A DNA stretch of 64,000 nucleotides, from the NCBI GenBank assembly GCA_022709735.1, contig JAKLIG010000004.1, positions 240 through 64,239 on the forward strand. The letters run 5' to 3'. The position numbers and the translations under genes are program-made. Origin of the DNA: Patescibacteria group bacterium (lineage in GTDB: Bacteria; Patescibacteriota; Minisyncoccia; Moranbacterales; UBA2206). How positions within the stretch are numbered: the stretch's first letter is position 1; each line of letters starts with the position of its first letter. The notes below the pieces were generated by a model, which was given only the letters and a program-made list of their open reading frames with translations, did not search any database and had not been told where the DNA came from. This document shows positions 50,540-61,041 of the stretch, piece after piece.

Positions 50540-50581
50540 AAATTTATCTTAAAAAATTAATTAATTATAAATTTTTATAAT

Positions 50582-53500
50582 TTATTTTTGCAGTAACGCT
50601 TTCATTTCTCTGTTAAAATTTAAAATTTCCTGCTGAATTACATTGATGATCATTTTCTCACTACTGCCCTGGATGTAATATCTTCCTTCTCTGGCCTGCT
50701 TCCCCCTATCTATATTATCAAAAATTGTTCTTTTTGGCGCATCTAAGTCGCTTTCATTATATTCAGTCCCATTTTCATTTTTAATTTTAGTGCTATCAAA
50801 TACTGATTTGGCATTTACGGAATCTGCTAAAGTTTTCGCCGGTGGCTTTAAATATAGATTATGAATTTTGGTAAAAATATTAACCAACTTCGAATCTATT
50901 TGTTTATAAAAACTCTTAGGATCAATTTCGATTTCTTTCATATATTTCTGGATTGAATCGTATTCATCTCCATAGCTTTTTATCACACTGCTAAATCTCT
51001 TCTGATTTTGTCTTTTCTCCGGTTGTTCTCCAGAACTTTCTGCGATGGTTTCATTTTCAACAAAATTTAAATTGTGATCTTCGGTCTTATCTAATATTTT
51101 TTTCTGAATTTTCACAAAATTAAATATCATCTCCCAAATTTTTTGGCCGTTAATTTCTAATTTTGTCATGCCATGATTTCTGCAAAAATCCTTGAAAGAT
51201 TCTATGTTTTTAATTTCTTCTGCAGAAATTTTTTCAATCACTTCTGGCGTAATTGAAGTATACTTATCCAACGCTTGTTTTGCCATATTTAAGTTGAAAA
51301 TTGAAACCACACACCTTTCAAGCGATTCCGCTCTATCAATTGAAAAAGCGCGAAATTCTGTTGTATCAGTTTTATTGTCAAAAATTTTTTCACAATCGTT
51401 GCCCTTGGCCCTTATATTTGAATATCTGTTAACTTGATTCACTTCCTCTCCAGCATTTATTCCTCCAAGATCGGCCGCCACTAGAGAATTTTGAATAAAA
51501 TTAGCATACCCGTCATTTTTGATTCCAAATTCTCCACCTAGAGTTATATGAAAACTTCTAGAGCCTTTTTCATAATCCGTATCTGCAAATGTATGTTCAA
51601 AATTCAAATCTACAAAATCTAAATCGCTTAAAAGCTTCATTTCCAAAAGTAAAAGATATGGATTATCTGTCGGTTTTGTAGCTATTTCATGAATAGCATC
51701 TCGCCCTTTGGCAATTCCGCTATAACAGGACAAAATTTCAATGTCTTTTTTATAATCGCTGGCGGTTCTTTTGCCATATCCTTCTGCAATAGATTTAGTT
51801 ACTTCATATTCCATGCCAATAGAAGTCCGGAGTCCTTCTGGAATATTTTCTTTTTTATACAAATCAATAACTGTATTATATTTTATCAATTTTTCATAGA
51901 CACTTTTCAAAATAGATTTGATGTCATTTTCCGTTTTAGCATAATAAGCCGTGTTTATTTCTCTGGCAATTAATAAAGTTAAAATCGTTTTGCCTTTTTC
52001 GCTGATTTCATTATCACTTACAAATTTTTTGAAAGTTTCCCCGATTGGAACCTCCTTGTCTACCATCTGGTCAAGAACTTCAAAATTACCCTTGCTTATT
52101 ACCAGAGAAAATACCTCGCCTAACTGCAAAACGGTACTTCTTTCGCTTTCTCTTGTTATTTTGTCAACCGAACCTGAATAAAATTCTTTTAGCCTTTCAC
52201 TATTTTCGGCTCCACCCAATATTGCCAAAGCAATGTTGGTTCCGAATTTTTTGAATGTCTGAATTACATCTTTATTAAGATAAGAAAAGCGTTTTTCATC
52301 TTCCAAAAACCATTCCTTTGTCCATGGGATAGGCTGAGTTATAAGTCCACGATCTTTCTCAATTTCTATAAGCGTTTCATTTTCCGCCAAATAATCACAG
52401 AAATTTCCCTTAGTAATAGGGAAATTTTCTATATCCTTTTCGTCAAACAGACCATTTTCAAGGCAAACTTTGAAAGCTGGAAGATATAGTGATTGACCGC
52501 TTGAATTGTGAATAATATTTTTTAAATTATTTGTTAGAAGATACTTATCAATATCACTTTTAAATATTTCTGTTAATTCTGCCGACTGTTTTTCATTAAT
52601 TTCCCCAAGACAAGCAAATTTATCATACATAAAAATATTACTTTCGTAGTGATTTTTATTGTCTAGGATGCCCAGCTGTTTTGCCCTAGAAAAAGATTCT
52701 GAATCATTACACCAACCTATCAATGATTTGACTTGTTCGTTTTCTGCAACTCCATAATTCCAGTTGATTGCTTCCCGCAAAATACCTAAATCATTATTAT
52801 CTAATGCAAATTGCAAAAATTTTTCGTCTTTCAATATGCAGGAAATTGATCCATATTTATAAACATTCAAATTATATTCTTCTGTCTGCTTACTTAATTC
52901 GCCTCCTAAAATACCAAGCTGTTTTGCTTTGGAAAAATTTTCTTGGTCATTATACCAGCCGGCTATAGATTTATAATTTTCGTCTTCTAAATCTCCGAAT
53001 TTTGATTTAATTGCTTTTTCTAAAATTCCTAGATCGCCGTTATCTAATGCAAATTGTAAAAACTTTTCATCCTTGAATATATTAGCAATTGCATCATAAT
53101 TGTATATATTTGAAGAATATTCTCTGGTCTGGTCATCTATTTCTCCGCCTAAAATTCCAAGCGATATTGCTTTTTCAAAAATTTTAGGATTTTCATACCA
53201 TTTTTTTATAAATGGTATTTTTGAATTAGTATATCCGTAAGAAATAGCTTTCAGCACATCAAAGCCGGTTTTTTTATGCAAATTAGCCAGCCAATAAATA
53301 AATCCTGGTTCATATTTTTTTGATAGAAAGAATAGGTTTTCTATCTTCTTCTTTTTATTACTATTTCCAATGTTTCCTTCTAAATCTTTTTCGGCGATTA
53401 TTCTTGATTCAAACTTTGGATCGATTCTATTTTTCAATATGCTGATTACAATTTCTGATAGATGATTCAAATCCTTAACTTCAAAATTATTCTTGATAAA

Positions 53501-54892
53501 CTTTACAAAATCAGGCCGGGAAGATAAAAATTTCAGATAAGCTGCCATTTCATGAATCCCTGCTAAACCTGAAATAGAGACCTTCAAATCATTTTCAAGT
53601 TTAAAATCCTTCGCTATTTCTTCCAAGAATGGCATTTTTTCTTTCAGATATTCGAGTGTTGATTTTTTTCTTAATCTTCCCTCGCTTCCATGCGTTAGGG
53701 GAAATCCGTCGGAGGCATACAATAAATATGAAATAATTTCCGATGAACTACTGAATTTTAAATTGTTGTCTTCAATAAATTTATTATTTATCTCGGTTTC
53801 TTCGATTTTTTTTCTCCCGTTTTTTACTAAATCGGCAAAGTAGGTAAATTCAGTAATATTTAATTCGGATCTGTTTTCCCCCTTTACTAAATTTATTTTA
53901 TTCAAAATATCTACAGCATATTTAGCATCTTCTAAATCTAAATTTCGCAATGATTCACAAAGATATGGATTTCTTAGGATATAATTCGACACAGAATCCC
54001 TAAACCAAGTCGTTTTAAAAAATGCTTGTTTTTTTAATTTTTTTGTTTTTTCAACTGCCGATAAAACAACATTCAAAAAATCATCGCCAAGATTCTGGAT
54101 AACTTCACAATAATCAGCCACTTCGTCTGCATACAAAAGATCATTTTCCTTAAGATTCTCCGATGCAGATAAAACCTTTTCAAAAATATCAATATTCTTT
54201 ATCCTATCAAAAAAATCATCATTTAGACGATACAGCACGACTCCGCATTCAAGCAACCGACTGACGATATAGGCTTCTTTTTCTGATTTTATTTTACTTC
54301 TAACTTCAAAAGCGCTCTCCAGTGTCTTAATATCTGGTTTTTTATTTCGCTCCTTAATTTTTTGAAACAATAAATTAAAACATTCATCCTTTTCAATAAT
54401 TTCGTCTATTGCCTGAAAAAACTCTTCGGAAAAATTATTCCCCTCTGATTTTATTTTGATTGAATAGCCCATTTCTAGAGCTTGAAACATCTCTTCTAAT
54501 ACAGGATATTTAGAAATATCTAAATTTTTATTTTCCAAACCTGTTTTTAAAATATCTATGATATATTGGTTATTTTCTTCATTAGCTAAATCCATTAACT
54601 CTTCCCAATTATCAATTGGACATTTTTTAGGATATTCCATAGGCTTTGGCAATTTGAATTTTTCTGGCACTCTCAAAACTGCATCGACTTCTTCTCTCTT
54701 CCGATGCATTTCAGACAATAATTCACTCTCAAAACCAGCCGGATCTGCTTGAAAATCGGATGTTATTTTTTCTTTTTTCAACTCTTCTTTTCCGATAAGA
54801 GAATTATTTTTAGTAAAAATATTTCCTTCAAAAGACATATGGTTAAAATTAAAAACCTCCTTCCAACAACTCAAAGACACTGTGTCTTCCAA
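50582..54892 (-). CDS. Giant hypothetical protein (1436 aa) with three ~70-aa internal tandem repeats (KQLGILGGEL..EEYNLNVYKYG..ILKDEKFLQFALDNNDLGIL) and a C-terminal region with GxExE / H.T.G motifs
   Basis: Single uninterrupted ORF; repeats seen in the translation. Confidence 0.7.
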   Translation of the reverse strand: MEDTVSLSCWKEVFNFNHMSFEGNIFTKNNSLIGKEELKKEKITSDFQADPAGFESELLSEMHRKREEVDAVLRVPEKFKLPKPMEYPKKCPIDNWEELMDLANEENNQYIIDILKTGLENKNLDISKYPVLEEMFQALEMGYSIKIKSEGNNFSEEFFQAIDEIIEKDECFNLLFQKIKERNKKPDIKTLESAFEVRSKIKSEKEAYIVSRLLECGVVLYRLNDDFFDRIKNIDIFEKVLSASENLKENDLLYADEVADYCEVIQNLGDDFLNVVLSAVEKTKKLKKQAFFKTTWFRDSVSNYILRNPYLCESLRNLDLEDAKYAVDILNKINLVKGENRSELNITEFTYFADLVKNGRKKIEETEINNKFIEDNNLKFSSSSEIISYLLYASDGFPLTHGSEGRLRKKSTLEYLKEKMPFLEEIAKDFKLENDLKVSISGLAGIHEMAAYLKFLSSRPDFVKFIKNNFEVKDLNHLSEIVISILKNRIDPKFESRIIAEKDLEGNIGNSNKKKKIENLFFLSKKYEPGFIYWLANLHKKTGFDVLKAISYGYTNSKIPFIKKWYENPKIFEKAISLGILGGEIDDQTREYSSNIYNYDAIANIFKDEKFLQFALDNGDLGILEKAIKSKFGDLEDENYKSIAGWYNDQENFSKAKQLGILGGELSKQTEEYNLNVYKYGSISCILKDEKFLQFALDNNDLGILREAINWNYGVAENEQVKSLIGWCNDSESFSRAKQLGILDNKNHYESNIFMYDKFACLGEINEKQSAELTEIFKSDIDKYLLTNNLKNIIHNSSGQSLYLPAFKVCLENGLFDEKDIENFPITKGNFCDYLAENETLIEIEKDRGLITQPIPWTKEWFLEDEKRFSYLNKDVIQTFKKFGTNIALAILGGAENSERLKEFYSGSVDKITRESERSTVLQLGEVFSLVISKGNFEVLDQMVDKEVPIGETFKKFVSDNEISEKGKTILTLLIAREINTAYYAKTENDIKSILKSVYEKLIKYNTVIDLYKKENIPEGLRTSIGMEYEVTKSIAEGYGKRTASDYKKDIEILSCYSGIAKGRDAIHEIATKPTDNPYLLLLEMKLLSDLDFVDLNFEHTFADTDYEKGSRSFHITLGGEFGIKNDGYANFIQNSLVAADLGGINAGEEVNQVNRYSNIRAKGNDCEKIFDNKTDTTEFRAFSIDRAESLERCVVSIFNLNMAKQALDKYTSITPEVIEKISAEEIKNIESFKDFCRNHGMTKLEINGQKIWEMIFNFVKIQKKILDKTEDHNLNFVENETIAESSGEQPEKRQNQKRFSSVIKSYGDEYDSIQKYMKEIEIDPKSFYKQIDSKLVNIFTKIHNLYLKPPAKTLADSVNAKSVFDSTKIKNENGTEYNESDLDAPKRTIFDNIDRGKQAREGRYYIQGSSEKMIINVIQQEILNFNREMKALLQK

Positions 54893-54934
54893 TTGCTAGA
54901 ACGAGGTTTAAAATACTCGCGGTTCCATCTAGCT

Positions 54935-54998
54935 TCCTGCCTCCTCGGCAGACAACTTATTCTTATTTGATTGTCTTTCAGGATCCAATCCCTGAAAG
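54935..54998. repeat. Degenerate CCTGCC..GGCAG core copy (cctgcctcctcggcag, 54935..54950) and 8-bp hairpin ctttcaggatccaatccctgaaag (54975..54998) upstream of the giant gene
   Basis: Read directly from the sequence. Confidence 0.4.
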
Positions 54999-55033
54999 TT
55001 TTCTTTGCTTTAATACTATATAATTTAGAGGGT

Positions 55034-55276
55034 TTAGTCAATTTTAGATGAAATAAACTTAAATCTCGGCACTTTTTTGCCCCCAACTTTCACTTTTTCC
55101 AAAAACATCTTTTTTGGCCGAATCCAAAGGGATTTTCTAGCGAAGTTTTTATTCAGCGAATAATAAACCACAAATTCTTCCAGTGTTTCGCTGTACCTGG
55201 TCGTGCCGATCACTTCATAAAATTTATTTTTATAATGCAAATATCTCCCTAGCTTCATATTTTTATTTCTTAACAT
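55034..55276 (-). CDS. DUF1653-like small protein
   Basis: GRYLHYKNKFYEVIGTTRYSETLEEFVVYYSL resembles the DUF1653 YRHYKG..Y.V......HSET.E..VVY pattern. Confidence 0.55.
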   Translation of the reverse strand: MLRNKNMKLGRYLHYKNKFYEVIGTTRYSETLEEFVVYYSLNKNFARKSLWIRPKKMFLEKVKVGGKKVPRFKFISSKID

Positions 55277-55298
55277 TTTATTACGTTTCGTATTTCGT

Positions 55299-56588
55299 TT
55301 ATTTCGTAGTTCGTAAAACTATTTTTCTTCTTATTAAACTGCCTTTTGGCAAAATTTTATCAAACTCAAAATAATATAATTTTTCATGTCCACCGTGCGC
55401 TTCTTGGACTTCTTCTTTTTTGTGGTTTAATATTTTCACAATTTTTACCGGAATATTTTTCTCTGGTGTTATAGCTTCAATTTTGTCATTTTTGAAAACA
55501 GCGTTATGGATTTTCAAAATATTTAATTTATTTTGGACAGATTTAAAATCTGTCCCTACATTATTATTTAAAACTTCCCCGACAAATTCCCAGCTTCCTT
55601 TCTTCATTTTACCGCCAAAATTATGCGGAGGCTCGTCCCCCAAAAGAAACCCTGTCCAATATCCGCGGTTGGTAAGATTATCCAATTCTTTTTTTTGCTC
55701 TAAGATTATTTTTCTAATTTCCCCTTTTGATTTTTTCTGTGCTATCGCATCAATTACTTTTCGATAAGCGCGCGTTGCAACCGCTACATAATAGGCGCTC
55801 TTCGCCCGCCCTTCAATCTTGAAGCTGGTAACGCCCGCTTTGATTAGCTCATCAATATACTCAATCAAATTCATATCAAAACTATTGAAAAAATATGTCC
55901 CGTGCCGATCTTCTTCGATATCCATCTCGTATTTATTCAGCTTCTCTTTTATTCTTACTTCTTTATTCTTACTTCCTACTTCTTCATATTCCCACCGGCA
56001 AGGTTGGGTGCAATCGCCAAGATTAGCACTACGATTGTTCATCCATTTCGAAAGAATGCACCGCCCCGAATAGCTCATGCACATTGCGCCGTGGATAAAA
56101 TATTCAAGCTCGATATCTTTGACTTTTTTCCTGATTTCTTTTATTTCAGAAAGACTAACTTCCCGCGCTAAAATTATTCTTTTGACTCCCGTGTCTCGCC
56201 AAAATTTCACCGCTTCAAAATTAGTGGCATTGGCTTGCGTCGAAAGATGAATGTCGGTTTTTGGCAGATATTTTTTCACTAAATTTATTATCCCCGGATC
56301 ACTTACAATTACTGCATTGACACCAACTTTGCTTAAGAATTTTAAATGCTTTTTAACTTTTTCCAAATGTTGATTATGCGCATAAATATTGAGCGTCACA
56401 TAAATTTTTTTGCCAAGATTATGAGCATATTCAACCGCCTCTAGAATATCTTTTTCGCTAAATTCATTAATTCGCACCCGAAGCGAAAAATCCGGCACAC
56501 CCAAATACACCGCGCCCGCGCCATATTGAAAAGCGTATTTCATTTTAGAAAAACTCCCTGCTGGTGATAACAATTCTACTTTTTTCAT
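55299..56588 (-). CDS. Peptidase U32 family protein (YegQ/RlhA-like)
   Basis: N-terminus MKKVELLSPAGS...; FIHGAMCMSYSGRC; C-rich LGDCTQPCRW. Confidence 0.8.
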   Translation of the reverse strand: MKKVELLSPAGSFSKMKYAFQYGAGAVYLGVPDFSLRVRINEFSEKDILEAVEYAHNLGKKIYVTLNIYAHNQHLEKVKKHLKFLSKVGVNAVIVSDPGIINLVKKYLPKTDIHLSTQANATNFEAVKFWRDTGVKRIILAREVSLSEIKEIRKKVKDIELEYFIHGAMCMSYSGRCILSKWMNNRSANLGDCTQPCRWEYEEVGSKNKEVRIKEKLNKYEMDIEEDRHGTYFFNSFDMNLIEYIDELIKAGVTSFKIEGRAKSAYYVAVATRAYRKVIDAIAQKKSKGEIRKIILEQKKELDNLTNRGYWTGFLLGDEPPHNFGGKMKKGSWEFVGEVLNNNVGTDFKSVQNKLNILKIHNAVFKNDKIEAITPEKNIPVKIVKILNHKKEEVQEAHGGHEKLYYFEFDKILPKGSLIRRKIVLRTTK

Positions 56589-56618
56589 AAATTTATCTTT
56601 TTGCTTTCGATTCTTTGT

Positions 56619-56674
56619 GTCATCCCGAACTTGTTTCGGGATCTCATTAGATGCTGAAACAAGTTCAGCATGAC
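56619..56674. repeat. Palindromic repeat element E5: gtcatcccgaacttgtttcgggatctcattagatgctgaaacaagttcagcatgac, between tgt stop and the U32 gene start
   Basis: 19-nt inverted termini (2 mismatches); related to E3. Confidence 0.8.
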
Positions 56675-56676
56675 AA

Positions 56677-57852
56677 TTAGTTTTCCCGAAGCGCCCCCAT
56701 TAAATCTGCATAAAACTTCAAATTATGAATAGAAGCCAGTCTCATTCCTAGCGGTTCTTTGGAAGAAAAAAGATGATGCAAATATGCCCTTGTGTGATGC
56801 GCGCAAAGTTCACAATCACAATTTTCCGAAATTGGCGAAAAATCATCTTTGAATTTTCCGTTGTTTATATTAATTGTTTCATAAAAAGTATTTTTTTGAA
56901 AATTGAAAATTGAAAATTGAAAATTGCTTTTTCGAAGAAAAAGTCTCCCATGTCTTCCTTCCCTCGTCGGGATAACGCAATCAAACATATCCCAACCGTA
57001 TGAAAAACATTTTACAATATCTTCCGGCGTCCCAACTCCTAGCGCAAAACGAAGAGAATTCTCCGGAATGAAACCGGCAGTTTCCCGAACCACTTCTTCC
57101 ATAATTTTTCCTTCCGCATCAATATGCCGAGCCCCAAATCCATATCCATCGAAACCAATTTTTACCAATTCTTCTGTGCAATGTTTTCTAAGATCCAAGT
57201 ATTCTCCGCCTTGAATAACTCCAAATATAAGTGGCCTATCTTCATTGGATATTTTTCTTTTTTTAATTTGCTTTTCATATTCAACTTTGCATCGCTTTGC
57301 CCAGGAAATCGTTCGCTCAACCGCCGATGCAATTTTCTCTCGCGAATAATCATTGGGTGGCGGATCATCCAAACATACCATCATATCCACTCCCAAATTA
57401 AATTGAATTTGAATCGATTTTTCTGGAGTCAAAATATGTTTTGAGCCGTCAGCTGGAGAGCGGAAAATAACTTCCTCGTCGGTAATTTTTCCAAGTTTCG
57501 GATTTTTGTGAATCAATGAAAAAACCTGATATCCTCCAGAATCCGAAAGCAAGGGAAGCGGCCAATTCATAAATTTATGTGCATCGCCTGCTTCTTTTAT
57601 AATTTTCATCCCCGGATTCAGGTACAAATGATAAGTATTAATAAGTATTGCTTCCAGGCCAATTTTTTTATCCAAAATTTCATTGTCAATTGAACGCACG
57701 AATCCGCGCGTCGCGTCCGGCATAAAAAACGGAGTCTTAATTTCTCCGTTTTTGAGCTTTATTATTCCAACTCTTCCATTTTCCCCGCCTCGTGTCGACA
57801 AGCGATTGTCTTCGCGAGTCGAGGCAGGCCTTTTTGATTTTATCTCAAACAT
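56677..57852 (-). CDS. tgt: Queuine tRNA-ribosyltransferase
   Basis: IKTPFFMPDATRG; LGVGTPEDIV; zinc site CDCELCAHH..H. Confidence 0.9.
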   Translation of the reverse strand: MFEIKSKRPASTREDNRLSTRGGENGRVGIIKLKNGEIKTPFFMPDATRGFVRSIDNEILDKKIGLEAILINTYHLYLNPGMKIIKEAGDAHKFMNWPLPLLSDSGGYQVFSLIHKNPKLGKITDEEVIFRSPADGSKHILTPEKSIQIQFNLGVDMMVCLDDPPPNDYSREKIASAVERTISWAKRCKVEYEKQIKKRKISNEDRPLIFGVIQGGEYLDLRKHCTEELVKIGFDGYGFGARHIDAEGKIMEEVVRETAGFIPENSLRFALGVGTPEDIVKCFSYGWDMFDCVIPTREGRHGRLFLRKSNFQFSIFNFQKNTFYETININNGKFKDDFSPISENCDCELCAHHTRAYLHHLFSSKEPLGMRLASIHNLKFYADLMGALREN

Positions 57853-57854
57853 TT

Positions 57855-59753
57855 TTATTTCATTACTCGATCCCCATCTTTTATAGAACTATCCTCTGGA
57901 AGATCAGTGCCTTTCCCCTCATAAATTGCCGAGAGATCTGCTCCAGTGAAAAGATCTTTCGCAGTTATAGTTGTTTTTCCTAAAAGTCCAACTTCTTTTC
58001 CTACTTGATTCGGTGCAGGTTTTATTTTTACTTGAAAAGCCACTTCAGGAGAATCAGAGAGAAGGCCAGTCCCCGACTTCATATTTCCGATAGTCCAAGA
58101 AATTGCGTTAGTTCTCGAATTATATTCAACTTTCGCATCTTCTGGAAAAATTTTTCCGGTCATTTGAGCGTTAGTCGGAAGAACAGCTGAAACCAAAGCA
58201 CTGGAAACATCATTAGAAACATTTTTCACTTTCCAATGAATTGTGTAGGTTGTTTCTTCTCCGACTTTCGGTGGAATCGGCCCAGAATTAGAAATATTTT
58301 TGTCATTATAATAGCCCTTTGTATCAATAACTAATTTAGAATTAACTTTCATATTAATCTCATTGCTAGAAATAATTTTATTCATAGAAATAGGCGTTGG
58401 CACATCCGGACTATCTATTTTGGCTATACTCTTAATTATAAAATTTTTATCATCTTCCTTTCCGATTGGGAAAATATCATTTACTTTTATAAAAAAGAAT
58501 ATTTTCCCTTCCTGATTCGCTTCTAAATTTTCTAGTTCTTTTATATCGGAAGCTTTCCAGGTAATAGTTTTGCTATCTATATCGAAACTCCCTTTTTCAA
58601 GCTTAAGTGTTCCATAATCCAAAACGGGACTATCTATTTTTTCCGTAATAATTACATCTCGAAGCCCGATGCTACCAGAATTTTTATAAGCTATTTCAAT
58701 TTCTAATGTATCATTAGCATTTACATTGAGATTTTTTTGCTTATTAACTGTTTGAGCTATCGTCAAAGGAGAAAAAACCATTTTAGTATCAACACTTTCA
58801 GAATTATATGCTACAAATTCTTTTTCCTCCATTGCTCCGATGGTTACCTTTGCTTTTTTAATATTATCCCTTTCTCCTTCTAGTTTTCCACTCGCAACTA
58901 TTTTTCCACTCTGTCCTCCACTTAAGATTCCAATATCCCAGATATTATTATCCTTAGATGTCTTGGGACTGGAATTAGAAAAAGTGAATTGATCAGGATA
59001 TTCTATTTTAACTGTTAAATTATTTATTGGTTCTGTTCCATCATTTTTATAATTAATTTGATAGTCCACGGCATCGCCGTTAGAAGCATTTTGCGGAGCT
59101 AAAATTTCCAAAGTAACCGGAGCAGAAACAACATTTATTCCTAATTGATTATTAGCTTGGAATTCACTGGAATATCCGGAAGGATTATACGAAAGAGTTG
59201 CTTTGAGATAAATAAGCGCTCCTTTGGGGCTATAAGTTTTTCCATTAAAAACAACTTTCCCCTCGCTTTTGCCCTTTATTGTTCCAATATTAAAGCTTCC
59301 GGAGGTAAGACTTTCCGCTTTGAAATCAGGATTATTTTCCGGCTTGAAATTTTCCGGATAATTTATTTTTAAAACCGCATTTTTTATCGTGAGCCGATTT
59401 TCATTTTTATACTTTATTTCATAAGTCAAAAGTTTTCCACTGTTTGCCTGACTGGGGCCGACAATTTCAATTGTGGCGTTTCCCGCTTGAAAAATCATTT
59501 GGCGAACTAGCATAAAAACCGCCATCGCAATGATTATGCCAAGAACAACAAAAAAAGCAATTACGCCTTTTTTTATCGCTTTCTTTTCTCCTTGCCCTAA
59601 TCCTTTCTTTTCTGCCCATAAATCCTCGGCGCTTTTTTCTGCCCCGTCTGCATTTTTGGCTCCTGCTGGATCATATTGGCTAATTTCATGTTCCGACAAA
59701 TGCTCCGGCAAATCCTTTTTGTATAATTTATTTTTAATATCGTCTAATGACAT
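57855..59753 (-). CDS. Single-pass membrane protein with large extracytoplasmic DUF11-like Ig-fold repeats
   Basis: TM helix VIAFFVVLGIIIAMAVFMLV; repeated ...YKN.G...N..V...P... Confidence 0.55.
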   Translation of the reverse strand: MSLDDIKNKLYKKDLPEHLSEHEISQYDPAGAKNADGAEKSAEDLWAEKKGLGQGEKKAIKKGVIAFFVVLGIIIAMAVFMLVRQMIFQAGNATIEIVGPSQANSGKLLTYEIKYKNENRLTIKNAVLKINYPENFKPENNPDFKAESLTSGSFNIGTIKGKSEGKVVFNGKTYSPKGALIYLKATLSYNPSGYSSEFQANNQLGINVVSAPVTLEILAPQNASNGDAVDYQINYKNDGTEPINNLTVKIEYPDQFTFSNSSPKTSKDNNIWDIGILSGGQSGKIVASGKLEGERDNIKKAKVTIGAMEEKEFVAYNSESVDTKMVFSPLTIAQTVNKQKNLNVNANDTLEIEIAYKNSGSIGLRDVIITEKIDSPVLDYGTLKLEKGSFDIDSKTITWKASDIKELENLEANQEGKIFFFIKVNDIFPIGKEDDKNFIIKSIAKIDSPDVPTPISMNKIISSNEINMKVNSKLVIDTKGYYNDKNISNSGPIPPKVGEETTYTIHWKVKNVSNDVSSALVSAVLPTNAQMTGKIFPEDAKVEYNSRTNAISWTIGNMKSGTGLLSDSPEVAFQVKIKPAPNQVGKEVGLLGKTTITAKDLFTGADLSAIYEGKGTDLPEDSSIKDGDRVMK

Positions 59754-59821
59754 GATTGTTTTAGATATTTTATTATTTGTTTTACCCTCTTATAATACTA
59801 AATTTTGCGATTTTTATCAAC

Positions 59822-60547
59822 TTACCCCACCACCCACCTCACCGCTTCCATCGCGATAATTTTCGGGTTGCGAAGATTTTGGCTTTCCGTTTTTATTTTT
59901 CCAAGATTTTCAATTTTATTATCCAAGAAAATTCGGATTAGTTTCACCGCTTCGTCAGTTATCCGAATTTTGTTATTTTGCATTCTCGCGCAAGCCGGGC
60001 AAATTATTCCGCCTCTTTCCGCATTGAAATAATTTTCTCCCGCCACCAATTTTTTGGCGCATTTGGCGCATTTTTTTGTCTCCATCTCATAGCCCAAATT
60101 TTGAAGAAGCTTGAAAACAAAACCCAAAGTCAGGATATCAAATTTCAAATTGCTCTCCTTTGTTTCTTTTGTTATCTTTTCCATCGCTATGAGATAGTTC
60201 AAGAGAAGCTGAAAAGTTTTTTCATCTTTTTCCTCTTGCGTCACCAAACGATTGAAAATTTTCAACGCTCCGAAAACTTTTTCCAAAGCAGAAATATTTT
60301 CTTTTATAGCAAAAAAAAGCTCAATTGGAATTGCACCGGTAATATTGCCCCGCCCTTTGCCTTTGGCCAAAAAAATTTCGCAGTATGTGATTGGCTCTAA
60401 ATTTCCGGCAAGTTTCGCATTGGGTTTTTTGACTCCGATCGCCCGCGCCAAAATCCGTCCGGCTTCCAAGGTATAAACCACATAAACCCGGTCAGTTTCG
60501 CCGGTGTCTATTTTATTCAAAATTATCGCATTATATTTATATTCCAT
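59822..60547 (-). CDS. recO: DNA repair protein RecO
   Basis: N-terminal OB fold MEYKYNAIILNKIDTGETDRVY; C-terminal zinc site CAKCAKK...CPAC. Confidence 0.8.
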   Translation of the reverse strand: MEYKYNAIILNKIDTGETDRVYVVYTLEAGRILARAIGVKKPNAKLAGNLEPITYCEIFLAKGKGRGNITGAIPIELFFAIKENISALEKVFGALKIFNRLVTQEEKDEKTFQLLLNYLIAMEKITKETKESNLKFDILTLGFVFKLLQNLGYEMETKKCAKCAKKLVAGENYFNAERGGIICPACARMQNNKIRITDEAVKLIRIFLDNKIENLGKIKTESQNLRNPKIIAMEAVRWVVG

Positions 60548-60644
60548 AACTTCATTCTACTATTTTCCTTGGAAAATAAAAAGACGCCCAGTGCAGTTGC
60601 AAAAAGAGCGTCTTTTGTTTTTCTTAAAAAACAACCTACTGAGA

Positions 60645-61013
60645 TCAGACGAGCCGGCAGATTTCCCGCCAAAGTTTTTCCAGAACTAATGGCTTCTCCA
60701 GAAAAACATCAAATCCAACATCAATGCATTCGTCCTCATGTTGCGGTATTCCCGAAATGCACACCGTTTTAATCGCCGGACTAATTTCTTTCGCATAGTT
60801 GAACAAATCAATCCCCGTTAATATCGGCATATTGAAATCAGTTATCAAAATATCACAACTCCTTCCGCCGTTATTAAGAAACGAGAGAGCATTTACGGGC
60901 TTACTGAAAGTATGAACATCAGCTCCTTTTCTTCCTGCTAAAAAATTTTTCAAAAGATTAAGGATTTTTTGTTCGTCATCAACCACACAAATTGTCAGAT
61001 TTTGTTTCTTCAT
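60645..61013 (-). CDS. Single-domain response regulator (CheY-like receiver)
   Basis: ICVVDDE...ILITDFNMP...KTVCISG. Confidence 0.75.
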   Translation of the reverse strand: MKKQNLTICVVDDEQKILNLLKNFLAGRKGADVHTFSKPVNALSFLNNGGRSCDILITDFNMPILTGIDLFNYAKEISPAIKTVCISGIPQHEDECIDVGFDVFLEKPLVLEKLWREICRLV

Positions 61014-61041
61014 TTCTTTCTCCTTTTTCCTTCGGTTTTTG

